Positions 22,925 through 34,273 of a stretch of 41,610 nt of DNA are shown here, one piece after another; position 1 is the stretch's first letter, and the number at the start of each line of letters is the position of its first letter. This stretch comes from Macrostomum lignano (taxonomy: Eukaryota). The position numbers and the translations under genes were made by a program. The stretch spans positions 1 through 41,610 of the forward strand of contig NIVC01004575.1 of assembly GCA_002269645.1 (NCBI GenBank), given 5' to 3'. Below the pieces are notes generated by a model, which was given only the letters and a program-made list of their open reading frames with translations, was not told where the DNA came from and ran no database searches.

Positions 22925-23695
22925 GAATAAAGCTGTTTGAGCGTTGACACTTAATTGAGATGTCAAGAAGAATACCTGTTTGAGTGCTGACACTTAATTG
23001 AGATGTCAGGAAGAATACCTGTTTAAGCGTTGACACTTAATTGAGATGTCAGGAAGAATACCTGTTTGAGTGTTGACACTTAATTGAGATGTCAGGAAGA
23101 ATACCTGTTTGAGTGTTGACACTTAATTGAGATGTCAAGAAGAATACCTGTTTAAGCGTTGACAATCGAGATGTCAGGAAGAATACCTGTTTGAGTGTTG
23201 ACACTTAATTGAGATGTCAGGAAGAATACCTGTTTGAGTGTTGAAACTTAATTGAGATGTCAGGAAGAATACCTGTTTAAGCGTTGACAATCGAGATGTC
23301 AGGAAGAATACCTGTTTGAGTGTTGACACTTAATTGAGATGTCAGGAAGAATACCTGTTTAAGCGTTGACAATCGAGATGTCAGGAAGAATACCTGTTTG
23401 AGTGTTGACACTTAATTGAGATGTCAGGAAGAATACCTGTTTGAGTGTTGACACTTAATTGAGATGTCAGGAAGAATACCTGTTTAAGCGTTGACAATCG
23501 AGATGTCAGGAAGAATACCTGTTTGAGTGTTGACACTTCATTGAGATGTCAGGAAGAATACCTGTTTAAGCGTTGACAATTGAGATGTCAGGAAGAATAC
23601 CTGTTTGAGTGTTGACACTTAATTGAGATGTCAGGAAGAATACCTGTTTAAGCGTTGACAATTGAGATATCAGGAAGAATACCTGTCTGAGCGTT
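22925..23695. repeat. 43/39 bp minisatellite (GAGTGTTGACACTTAATTGAGATGTCAGGAAGAATACCTGTTT plus a 39-bp variant), ~18 units
   Basis: Direct periodicity with two interspersed unit types. Confidence 0.95.
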
Positions 23696-25927
23696 GAAAA
23701 TTTGCAATCTATACCTAGTCAAATGACAAAATTTCAAGTATCAGTACGCTGGTAACAGCCCCGGTGTCAAGAATGGCGCTGTAGGTGTCAGGAACACCAC
23801 TTTAAGGATTCAGTGAGGTTAGAGAGGTTGGTTCCCAATAGTGAGTTTGCTAGGCTAGCAGATAAGATCACTCATCGGAGAATGCATCCGATTTCGGCTT
23901 AAAAAATTGGCTCGAAAAACCGAATAAAAAATGTCATATGCAGGAAAATGACGTATTGCTATAAGATACATGTGGTAATTTTGTAAGTGCGCTATTTAAA
24001 ACCCGCATGCCACATGACTGAGGTATTTTTAATAACTACGTAGTAGCAGTAGAAGAATGGAATTTTATTAAAAAAACCGGCCTTCTAATTTTTATTGGCC
24101 AGAGATTTATAACATGTCTTAGTGTTGCGTGTTGAGCGATCCATCCTTCTACTTGAAGTTCTGTATACTCAAACCCATAACAATATATATTGGTAGTAGT
24201 ATTGGTTTTAACTTATTATATATATAAACTTACAGTGGTTACATATGGTAGCGATATAGATGGCATAAATATATTACTATATAAATATCGTATTGACAGC
24301 ACATTTTCTTGTGATCTTTTAGATATCTATATTTTAGATATTTATGTATAAGTTTGAATACGATTGTTTTGTTATACTGGTCTATCAACCATGCAGTTTT
24401 ATTAGGAAATGTTTAATAAAGAAACAATTTTCTACTTGTATTTTGCTTCGATTAAGATAAATGTGATATTTATCATTGAGTATAGTTAGATTACAAACTA
24501 CGTAACAATATTCCAGGTTAATATGAGCATGACGAAGCAAAACGTGTGCAATGGTTTCAGATGAAATCAAATCAATTTGTCACTATATAATAGCAGATTG
24601 CTAAACATATTTGTTAGTTTAATGAAAAGTTGAGCTATCTATTTAGCATTATTTAAATTATAAAGTGCAAATTGCAAAGAATCTGATTACTTTTAATTAT
24701 AAGTCTAAGTTTTGCGAAATAAGGTGCTACGGTGAGTAACGATTTGCAGTTAACAGAAAAAGTAAAAACAGGGAACGACTGGTTTATATAATACGGGCAA
24801 CTCGATGGGATTACTAAACTCGGACGGCACGGCGCGGTTTAAGAAATGTTTTTTAAACACTTTTGTTAATTTTACATCGCTTCGTTTCTGAATATTTTTA
24901 TTAATTATAATAAACTATAGCTAATCACCTAACAACTTTTAATGTAGCTATCGATAATGGAAACGCAAAACTTAAATTTGCTACGTCAAAGCGAAGCTAA
25001 AATAATACGCTTGTTATGTAATCATTTTTAAAAGCGAACATTAAATTGCTGGCAGTTTTTTAGCATGCGGTAGTTGATTATTCGGATATGCGAGTATTAA
25101 TCGTGGTACAACAGTAAATATGATGGATAGTATATATAAGAATATTTTTTAATAATAGTATTCAATATTCACAATTATATTTGTTACGCCCCCCACTTTT
25201 CATTTTAAAAAATTCGATTGACAAATATTCAGCTGTGATTTTAATCTACATGTATCTACTACAACCTTAAGACTTTTACTCATTCGTTACTTTTATTTAC
25301 ATTTATAACGATATAACTGCATATATATAACTCTATAACTTATTTAAACTGTGACTATATTTATCACTAAACATTGTATTGTCCAGATGAAATCCAAATC
25401 CGTTAAATCATATTTAACGAACGCGGATTTAGCTTTCAATTGTGGATTATAAGACGCCATGATATACATGTTCTATGTAGTTATTGATTTTAATGACTAT
25501 TGTTTAATTGATATACATGTGCATAATACATTCAAAGCTTACTTAATTAAACACGAAAGGCCGTAGGGGAGGCACAGACTTGTGAGGGTGGACTTGGGGG
25601 CAAGAAAGATTATTATATGGGTCCTTGGGCTGTGTGTACAAAGCCAATGTACAAAGGCTTGGTGAGTGGGGTGGGCAGAGAATAAACTTGTTTTGGACGC
25701 ATACAGAATTATATATGTACGGCTCTGGGTGGTTTTGGGTTAGGGGTAGGGCCTGTATGTACAATTGACACTATAGTAGCTATAATAGCTCGTACCTCCA
25801 AAGTCTAAACTCCAGTACTCCAGCCCCAATTTTCATAGTAAAAAATGCAGCTAAAGCAAATGAATTAACTAGAGCAAGTTGATGTTATTTTTAAAAAGAA
25901 TAAGTAAAAAATACAGAATTTGCTTAC

Positions 25928-25942
25928 GTTTTGTTTGATTAA
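25928..25942 (-). CDS. ATP2B (PMCA): Candidate 15-nt PMCA microexon (LIKQN) at splice site C
   Basis: ctctgcctctccgtag|TTAATCAAACAAAAC|GTAAGC; phase 0-0, no stop. Confidence 0.55.
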
Positions 25943-26784
25943 CTACGGAGAGGCAGAGTCTGACTTGTAACACCGGAGAATATTGACGGCCGCTTGTTGA
26001 CTTCTTCATGCTCAGTTATCACTTTTGTCGGATTCCAAATTTAGTATCCGCGCGGGAATAATTTTACCCATATTGGAGTGTAGATCGAGACATACGTGTA
26101 CACATGTACAAAATGTACAAGCTGGCGGTCAAAAGCCAGATATCAGGTTCTTTACATTCGGGGACTGGTGCAGGGGTTTGTGATGTTCAGGCTCAAGCTT
26201 TTGAAAGTGCAATTAATAGATGGAAATAATTAACTCAGCAGCAACAGGCGATTGATCTCTCGTTGTCAACTTGGGGCAACAGTACAAAACAAACATTATT
26301 ATATTGGAATAATCTTTCGAGTAATTTTGTGTGGCTGCATAGTTTTGGAAGATTCGATAACTCGTCTTCTGTTGGTACAAATAAAGAGATATCATGCGTT
26401 GCTGAGTATATTATTAGCCATATTTCTAAACTGCAAACCTCACTTTGAAAAGCTTTTTACATGTATGTAATATTAGCAATTTACTCCAGGTAATTGTATG
26501 TGTATAAGGTAAATCCGGACCCTCATTGCATAAGAAGAAAGAATTGACAACAGTGACGTACAACAATGGAGTCTTAACAGTAACAATAAGCATTAGCACG
26601 GATGCTTTGACTGCAAGCAGCACAGAGACAGACAAAAGCAACATAGTCAATTGGCTAGTTATAGCTAGCAAAGTCGCACCCAATCGTCTCTAGTGGCATT
26701 GATTATCTTACGGGTATGCCCAACTTAATATTTTGTCTTAACTGATGAAAATGAAATCCGCAAAAGGCGAAAAAAATCTGCAAA

Positions 26785-26857
26785 TTTTTCATGTTAAATT
26801 GGTCTGTCACTTGAAAAAACGTTTAAAATAATGACAAGACCAATTTAACATGAAAAA
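26785..26857. repeat. Near-perfect 25/26-bp inverted repeat with a 22-nt spacer
   Basis: TTTTTCATGTTAAATTGGTC-TGTCA versus TGACAAGACCAATTTAACATGAAAAA. Confidence 0.85.
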
Positions 26858-27018
26858 TCGATTAATGCGTCGTTAGAGCAGCATGTGAGGCACAAAATAG
26901 TGTGATTAGAACTTTCTCTGACACTGTTAAGAGACCCAATCACTGTTTTAGTGTTGAAAATCGTAAAATTTCCTATCTCCGTAGTGTCTTTTTCCGGTGA
27001 AACCTGCCTTTAAAACTA

Positions 27019-27409
27019 TTTCTAAACGAAAAGCTTTATGAATATCGATAGAGCAATAAGAAAGGCACAACATATCAAAAGATGAACTCTGGATCTGCCT
27101 CCCATCAAAAGCAATAACAATTTATGTGCTGAAAAAATTAAAACCTCCTATCTCTGTAGTGTATTTTTTCGGCGAAAAGTTGCCTTCAAAATATTTACCA
27201 TAGATTTCGAGTGTAGCGTCCTATATATATGTTTACTTGAGTAGTCCTTGAGGTTTTACTGTAAAAGTATACTACAGAGATAGAATAAATTCCTTTTTCA
27301 GCACATAAAGTGCTATTGCTATTGATAGGAGGCAGACCCAGTGTTCATATTTCGATGCCTTGCCTTCCTCATAGCTCTATTAATACTCACAAAGCATCTC
27401 GTTTAGAAA
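27019..27409. repeat. Long imperfect inverted repeat (fold-back), arms 27019-27164 and 27267-27409
   Basis: The reverse complement of the right arm aligns along its length to the left arm (CTAAACGA, TCTGCCTCC, TTTATGTGCTGAAAAA, CTATCTCTGTAGT); roughly three-quarters identical by eye. Confidence 0.8.
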
Positions 27410-28904
27410 ATTAGGATTATGCTTAATTATCGACTCATTGGTTTTAGAAATCTATTTTGTTACTCTGTTACACATTTGCATGTAACAGAATCCTAAATTT
27501 TGTGACATTAGTTTCCCGTCCATCTACTTGAGTAGTCCTTGAGTCCCGACTGCGATTGTTGCAGATGGTCACACAGATAAATCAAAGCCACTAGGGCTCA
27601 CTGGGCTTGACTGCCATTTTGTTGTGGTTTAGCACAGATCTAGGCGTTATAAGCTGAGCATAGCAAATAATACGGTTAGTGATTGAAAGCACTTTATTAA
27701 ATACAAACTCAAATACAGACAAGTTCATCGTTTTAATTTCAATATTACCAAAATTACCAAAATTGATATAGAAAAATAATCAATCTATCTCCAACAGACA
27801 TTATTAATTTAAATTACTATTGTTTTTTTAAAATAACACTCACTTTACAATCAAGGTGGAAAATAAAGCAAAGTAAAAATAATGCTTAACTAAGCGCATA
27901 TTAAATTGGCACACAGATCGGCAATAACAAAAATCAAGATTGGCACGGGTCCAGCAAATTAAAAAAATAATCGATTAGCGAATCAAAGTAAGAAAAGATG
28001 GTTAACAAATTGCATTGCAGCAGCGGCGGCTATAAGCTTCTCATTAAAGTAGTTTGTAATATTTATTCTATTACGTAATCTAATTACGTAACCTTGATAA
28101 AGAATAAAAGTTTTGTTTAAATGCACCAGTTAAGTTTTGTAAAAAATGCGGATTAGGTCATTTTTCCGATCGTGCAAACACAGGTTGTTGTCTTTCACCA
28201 GGAAAATGACACCGCATAATTATTAATGATGATATAAATTTTATAAAACGTTTAACGTGATTTGAACTGAAATTTAATTTCGAACAGAAATCCAATTTTC
28301 CGTATAATTCACATACTTTTTGACAGACTAAAAGAAGCTCCAAAGAGAAGAATGCTTTCATTCCTACTGAGCAGTAGTAGTGTATGGCGCATTGTGCAAG
28401 CAAAAATGAAATTAGATATTGATCGATAGAATGGACCCATTCTGTAACCGCCACCCCCGTCCCGAACCCTCCAATCCCCAGCGAACGACCCCCGCGGACA
28501 CAAATTAGATTTTTTAACAACCTTAGCTTCGCGGAAAAGCTTGGCTAAAGTCGCCATGCCAGCGACGCTAAATCGCCTGACGGCCGCCAATTGGGCCGGG
28601 GACAGCGGCTGCAAATTGGAGCGAGAATTGCGGATTGCAACGGTCTCAGGCGTCTCCTTCTCTCTCAGCTTACTCCACATTCCGGTGTAAGGCATGATGG
28701 GACCAGAAAGAATGTGTGTGGATGGGAGCAACATTTCTGCGCTCTTCCACGTCGACACAAATTGGATATGAATTTTTCATTTACAATTATTTGTACTCTC
28801 TTTCTCATTTCTTCTCTTTTCTCTCGTTTCCTATCGCGCTCTGCTCCATTCATTCCCCTTTAACTCTCTTCTCTCCTCTATTCATTTTCCTTTAACCCTC
28901 TACT

Positions 28905-29205
28905 CTCCTCACCTTCATTTCCCTCAACCTCTCCTCTCCTTCATTCCCCTCAACCTCTCCTCTCCTTCATTCCCCTCAACCTCTCCTCTCCTTCATTACC
29001 CTCAACCTCTCTTCTCCTTCATTCCCCTCAACCTCTCTTCGCCTTTATTCCCCTCAACCTCTCTTCTCCTTCATTCCCCTCAACCTCTCTTCTCCTTCAT
29101 TCCCCTCAACCTCTCTTCTCCTTCATTCCCCTCAACCTCTCTTCTCCTTCATTCCCCTCAACCTCTCTTCTCCTTCATTCCCCTCAACCTCTCTTCTCCC
29201 TATTC
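28905..29205. repeat. 26 bp pyrimidine-rich minisatellite (TTCATTCCCCTCAACCTCTCTTCTCC), ~11 copies
   Basis: Direct periodicity. Confidence 0.93.
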
Positions 29206-29502
29206 TCCCCAACCCATCTAACAATAGCAAGATCAGTGTAGTGAGCAATGCAGAATACAGAACGGCACATAAAGCGCTTATACAAGCCACTGCTCAGTAA
29301 GGACGAACAAGGGACTAAATATAGCTATATGAAGATTGCCAAACTCTGGATCCTTCTCTGAATCGAATGATTTTCTCGTTATTCTGGGAACACGTTGGCC
29401 ATCAATAGTTTTATTACTCGTTTAGATAAAAATTCAATTCAATGACAAAAATTATCAAAGAGGTACATAGAGACACAGAACAGTGACAGAACAGCATCTT
29501 AC

Positions 29503-29694
29503 CTGCGTCTGCAGCCGAGCCAAGCCTCGGATCCACAACACCTGTCCCTTCTTGTTAATATCCGATTCAACATCCGTGAGCGAGGCCATCTGGTCGTACT
29601 GCTCCTCCTCGAGGATCTGTTCGATCTCCTGTTCCGTGCTGCCGCCAATCTCCAGGCACGAAGGCAGGACAGAGATTGGCACTGTGATCACCAA
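29503..29694 (-). CDS. ATP2B (PMCA): PMCA exon: end of TM10 through the first half of the CaM-binding domain (LVITVP...KKGQVLWIRGLARLQTQ)
   Basis: Matches RRGQILWFRGLNRIQTQ; acceptor gccgcag, donor CAG|GTAAGA; 64 codons, phase 0-0 (splice site C). Confidence 0.93.
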
Positions 29695-29783
29695 CTGCGG
29701 CAATGGCGCGTTTGGGATGAATAGAAATCATTGTTTCATTTGTGCAACTTTCTATAGATCTCTATAAATACTTTAGCGGCAAA

Positions 29784-30425
29784 CCCCATCCAAGTAACTT
29801 GTGTCAGCTGACAGAACCCCATCCAGGTAACTTGTGTCAGCTGACAGAATCCCATCCAGGTAACTTGTGTCAGCTGACAGAACCCCATCCAGGTAACTTG
29901 TGTCAGCTGACAGAACCCCATCCAAGTAACTTGTGTCAGCTGACAGAACCCCATCCAGGTAACTTGTGTCAGCTGACAGAATCCCATCCAGGTAACTTGT
30001 GTCAGCTGACAGAATCCCATCCAGGTAACTTGTGTCAGCTGACAGAATCCCATCCAGGTAACTTGTGTCAGCTGACAGAATCCCATCCAGGTAACTTGTG
30101 TCAGCTGACAGAACCCCATCCAGGTAACTTGTGTCAGCTGACAGAATCCCATCCAGGTAACTTGTGTCAGCTGACAGAATCCCATCCAGGTAACTTGTGT
30201 CAGCTGACAGAACCCCATCCAGGTAACTTGTGTCAGCTGACAGAACCCCATCCAGGTAACTTGTGTCAGCTGACAGAACCCCATCCAGGTAACTTGTGTC
30301 AGCTGACAGAACCCCATCCAGGTAACTTGTGTCAGCTGACAGAACCCCATCCAGGTAACTTGTGTCAGCTGACAGAATCCCATCCAGGTAACTTGTGTCA
30401 GCTGACAGAATCCCATCCAGGTAAC
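29784..30425. repeat. 33 bp minisatellite (CCCATCCAGGTAACTTGTGTCAGCTGACAGAAY), ~19 copies
   Basis: Direct periodicity; palindrome TGTCAGCTGACA in each unit. Confidence 0.97.
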
Positions 30426-30458
30426 TAAGAATCGAAAAAAGTTTGCATTCTCTCTCAC

Positions 30459-30566
30459 CTGGTGCCAGACGAGGGTGCCAAAACCGAAGCAGAGGCACCA
30501 GAGCCAGTGGCTCAGCTCCAGACCGCGCGTTCTGAACACCATGCCGCCGTACTGGACAATCAGAAT
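30459..30566 (-). CDS. ATP2B (PMCA): PMCA exon, TM9-10 (ILIVQYGGMVFRTRGLELSHWLWCLCFGFGTLVWHQ)
   Basis: Matches IVIVQFGG...QWLW...GTLLWGQ; 36 codons, canonical splice sites. Confidence 0.92.
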
Positions 30567-30739
30567 CTGCAGAAATTTATTAAGATCACTTTATAACTCA
30601 ATAAGGTTCAATAAACTCAATAACGATGAGACAGTCGGGGCCGCTGTACACCCTGTGTGAGCGTGACTGCTCGCCTCCCCTCGGGTTGCGAGTCTTTGAT
30701 TTGCGGCAGCGCCCCAATGGGCCCTGCAAACTGACTAAC

Positions 30740-30942
30740 CTGGAGAACGAAGGTGGTGATCCAGATGAGCACAAACAGCAGGTTGCGCTGCAGGCCCGAG
30801 AAGATGTTCCGCTGGTTGTGAATCTTCCTGGCGTTGATTTCGTTGAACAGAGTCATCAGCACGAAGGCGTTAAATATAGCGGTAAAGTGCTCGGTAGGGA
30901 CCCGGCTGCCAATCTCGATGGGCGTGTCAATCATCTTGTCGC
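30740..30942 (-). CDS. ATP2B (PMCA): PMCA exon, TM8 (PTEHFTAIFNAFVLMTLFNEINARKIHNQRNIF)
   Basis: FNEINARKIH motif; phase 1 in, phase 0 out. Confidence 0.95.
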
Positions 30943-31048
30943 CTAGAGATAGGTATTGGATTAGGTCATTGTAGCACAGTAGGTTATGACTAGTCTGACT
31001 ACTCATGGGGTAATCCATGCAATTGCAATAGAAAAGTTGGTTCCCTAC

Positions 31049-31262
31049 CGCAGAACAGCAGGAAGAAGGTGATAACCAGCTGGTAAAGCGCATTGCCCAC
31101 AATATTCCTCAGCATGGTGGTGTCAATCAGCGGCTTGGTCCGGCCGTAGGGCTTTCTCTCAAGCAGCTCGTCGCTAGGCAGCTCAGTTGCCAGGGCCAGA
31201 GAGGCCAGCGTGTCCATGATGAGGTTCACCCACAGCATCTGGATGGCTCGCAGCGGCGTGTC
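31049..31262 (-). CDS. ATP2B (PMCA): PMCA exon, TM6-7 ([27 protein letters not shown]...[10 protein letters not shown])
   Basis: [11 protein letters not shown] Ca2+-binding motif; phase 0 in, phase 1 out. Confidence 0.96.
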
Positions 31263-31476
31263 CTGTTTTGACGGGCAATGTACTTGTCAATGTACGGATC
31301 ATACGATCACTCAATGTAAGTAAGTACGTGTGCATCGAATCTACTCAAATGCACCAATCTACACTCGAAATCTACTATAAAAATGAAACGAATTTACTCA
31401 AGAAACCTGTCATGGGTTACAAAAAAATCTACATGTAACAGCATTAAGGTTATAAAAAAGTGAATCCACACCTATA

Positions 31477-31850
31477 GGGGGCCGTAGCCCAGTGGTCTAG
31501 CGCGGCGCTCTTATGTGCCAGCGGCCCAGGCTCGATTCCCAGTGCAGTCGCATTAATTTGTAGCTAAATTGGAATCTCGGCTTGGCTCTGCTCGTGCAAT
31601 TAACACCCTTGAGGGCCAACCCCCAAGGCACTGTGAAGTGTACATGCCTAATTAATGATAATAAAGTTAGGGCCGCTGTACACTCCTGTGTGAGTGTGTG
31701 CCTGTGCGTGTGACTGCGTACGTATCCGCGCGCTTGTGTGCCTGCTCAGGGGAGTCGGCGGAATGGGCAGTAATGCCTCTCGCCGGTTGTGTGACAATGT
31801 CGCTTAAAGTGCGCCAGGGTCCCTGTCAGACCCTGCCTCTAATAAAAAAA
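31477..31850 (+). mobile_element. Apparently full-length tRNA-derived SINE (374 bp), antisense in a PMCA intron
   Basis: A box TAGCCCAGTGG, B box GGCTCGATTCC, unique body with a TG-rich stretch, 3' hairpin CAGGGTC-7nt-GACCCTG and an A-rich tail; no clear TSD. Confidence 0.78.
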
Positions 31851-31896
31851 TCCATACCCAACCTCAGTACCCAATGTCAGAGCATCTCAACCCTAC

Positions 31897-32283
31897 CGAG
31901 ATGACGCAGGCGCTGAAGACGGCCACAACCACAGCGACAACGTTGACAGTTAGCTGGAACTGCAGGAACTTGGAGATCGAGTCATACACGTTGCGGCCCC
32001 ACATAACGGCCTTGACAATGCTGGAGAAGTTGTCGTCAGTCAGAATGATGTCGGAGGCCTCCTTGGCTACGTCAGTACCCTGGATGCCCATGGCAAAGCC
32101 GACGTCCGCTTTCTTCAAAGCCGGCCCGTCGTTGGTGCCGTCGCCGGTGACGGCGACAACCTCGCGACCGGCGGAAATCTTCGAGGCGATGATGCCGGAG
32201 ACTAGGGTGTACTTGTCCTGCGGCGAGGAGCGGGCAAGGACGCGGAGCCGAGGCCACACCTGATCAAATCGGTCCTGGGTCAC
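31897..32283 (-). CDS. ATP2B (PMCA): PMCA exon, P-domain hinge and TM5 ([16 protein letters not shown]...[24 protein letters not shown]...[11 protein letters not shown])
   Basis: Invariant GDGTND motif; 129 codons, phase 0-0. Confidence 0.97.
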
Positions 32284-32941
32284 CTGCGCAGGTTGAAGGT
32301 GATTATAATGTTTTCATTTTTAGCCGTTAGGCACTGTAACGCATTTCGCTCAGTGGTCCTTGGTTGACCGCGTCAAGGGAATTCATCTCGCGCAAACTTG
32401 TCAGCCAGACTCATGAGCTAAGGTCTGCGATGCTACACACCGGCAACCCCTCTATTCTGATGCAGGAATGGCTGGGGAACCTTCTCCAAGCTGACTCACA
32501 AGCCGATCCAAGGGATTTGCGTACCGCATGTTTTCAAGGCAGTCCGGTAGTCCTAGGATTGCTGGACTTGACTTTTCACGTAGCCTTGTTGCATGGGTAC
32601 GGGTTATCCAGGAAGTGTATCTTTGCGTACCAGGTGCCGGGGACAGGTGCTACTTTAAGGTCTGACTCAAACAGGCTAAGCGACCAGTCCACAAACCGCG
32701 GAAACAGCTTCCTTGTTTCTTTCAAGGGCCCCACGTAGTAACGCCTAAGACAGAACACATGCTTTTTAGATTTACAACGATCCATATGTCTATTTTTTAA
32801 TTCTAAAAATGGAAAAACGCTTCCTTTTCCTTCTAACTGAGAATTGTCCATACCCTTTAGGTAGAATGCTTCGGATTTGAGGACTGAATAAGCTCTGCAT
32901 TCATCCCAATAACAAGCGAGGAATCTACCGGTTATTCTCAC

Positions 32942-33184
32942 CTGTCCAGTGTTGGGGTCGCGAATTCGCTTGTTGAAGTCCTTGCCCTCCAGTACGAGGA
33001 AATTTTCGCCCGGTTTCAGAATGCCACACTTGGTAGCGATGGACCGGGCCGTGTTGATGTTGTCTCCCGTCACCATGCGGACGCAGATGCCGGCGTTCTG
33101 GCATTTGCGAATAGCGGCGGGCACCTCTGGCCGCACCGGGTCCTCGATACCGATGACCCCGATGCAGGTCAGCCTTGACACCAC
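32942..33184 (-). CDS. ATP2B (PMCA): PMCA exon ([18 protein letters not shown]...[19 protein letters not shown])
   Basis: DPVR and MVTGDN motifs; 81 codons, phase 0-0. Confidence 0.97.
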
Positions 33185-33258
33185 CTGGTGTTTTCGGGAT
33201 GAGTAGCCATTGATAAGCGGACGCTTTTAAAACTGACTGAATTTGCCACTCGGCATCT

Positions 33259-33722
33259 CTTTGAAGCCTGCCACCTTACTAAACAAACAAAGTCACTTCC
33301 TTTGAAGTCTGCCGACTTACTAAACAAACAAAGTCACTTCCTTTGAAGTCTGCCGACTTACTAAAAAAACACGCTTATTCCCTTTGAAGTCTGCCGTCTT
33401 ACTAAACAAACAAAGTCCCTTCCTTTGAAGTCTGCCGACTTACTAAACAAACACGCTTATTCCCTTTGAAGTCTGCCGACTTACTAAACAAACAAAGTCA
33501 CTTCCTTTGAAGTCTGCCGACTTACTAAACAAACACGCTTATTCCCTTTGAAGTCTGCCGACTTACTAAACAAACAAAGTCACTTCCTTTGAAGTCTGCC
33601 GACTTACTAAACAAACACGCTCACTCCCCTTGAAGTCTGTCGTCTTACTAAACAAACACGCTCACTCCCTTTGAAGTCTGCCGTCTTACTAAACAAACAC
33701 GCTCACTCCCTTTGAAGTCTGC
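33259..33722. repeat. 41 bp minisatellite (CTTTGAAGTCTGCCGACTTACTAAACAAACAAAGTCACTTC), ~11 copies, two unit variants
   Basis: Direct periodicity. Confidence 0.95.
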
Positions 33723-33817
33723 ATGCCGCCAATTACTAAACAACAGCCTACCTCTTTAGAGTGTACGGCATTACAAATTAAACACTCAATCTCTTTCATT
33801 CACCAAAAGCGACTCAC

Positions 33818-34273
33818 CTGATCCTCATTGTCCCAGTCCGGTTCGCCGTCCAAAGGCACCTCGTTGGGCCCCAGCTGGCCGGAGCCGCGCGGCACGAACT
33901 CCTTGAAAGCGATGCCAATCGTACGCAGACCGTCGCAGGCCATCGGCTCGATCACCTGGCGGACGATTTGCTCCTGCTCCGGCTTGCCGAACGGCCTTGG
34001 CTGGCCCTGGCCGTCCAGGATGAACGCGCACTTGCTCATGACCATCTCGGAGGCGCCTTTGCAGAACAGGATGTAGCCGCCGCCGGGCCTATTGATCACC
34101 GTGGTCATGGACTTTCGCACCGAGTTGAAGGTGTAGATCTTGTGGATGGCCTCCTCGGGTACCTCGCGTCTGTAGTCGTCATAGTGCTTGCCGAGGTCCA
34201 GCACCAGGCCCAGCAGGGCGCATTCGGTCTTGTTGCCCACTTGCTTGGGCAGCTCGTTGGCCACCTCGGCGGG
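33818..34273 (-). CDS. ATP2B (PMCA): PMCA exon, N-domain (GNKTECALLG...FNSVRKSMTT...KGASE...DGLRTI)
   Basis: GNKTE, KGASE and GLRTI motifs; 152 codons, phase 0-0. Confidence 0.96.

Noticed and set aside
22925-23695. CRISPR-like appearance of this and the 33- and 84-bp arrays
   Set aside because: Units are contiguous with no unique spacers; no cas genes; eukaryotic context
28309-28758. Further PMCA site C exon: a 63-nt in-frame cassette (28674-28736, KCCSHPHTFFLVPSCLTPECG) or the 149-aa ORF
   Set aside because: The donor GGA|GTAAGC is good but the acceptor has no pyrimidine tract and there is no homology; worth a look only if junction reads appear
31477-31552. tRNA gene
   Set aside because: A and B boxes are present but the acceptor stem does not pair and the sequence continues into a SINE body with an A-tail
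32364-32738. 124-aa + strand ORF in a PMCA intron
   Set aside because: No recognisable domain, splice context or coding codon bias; possibly a decayed repeat
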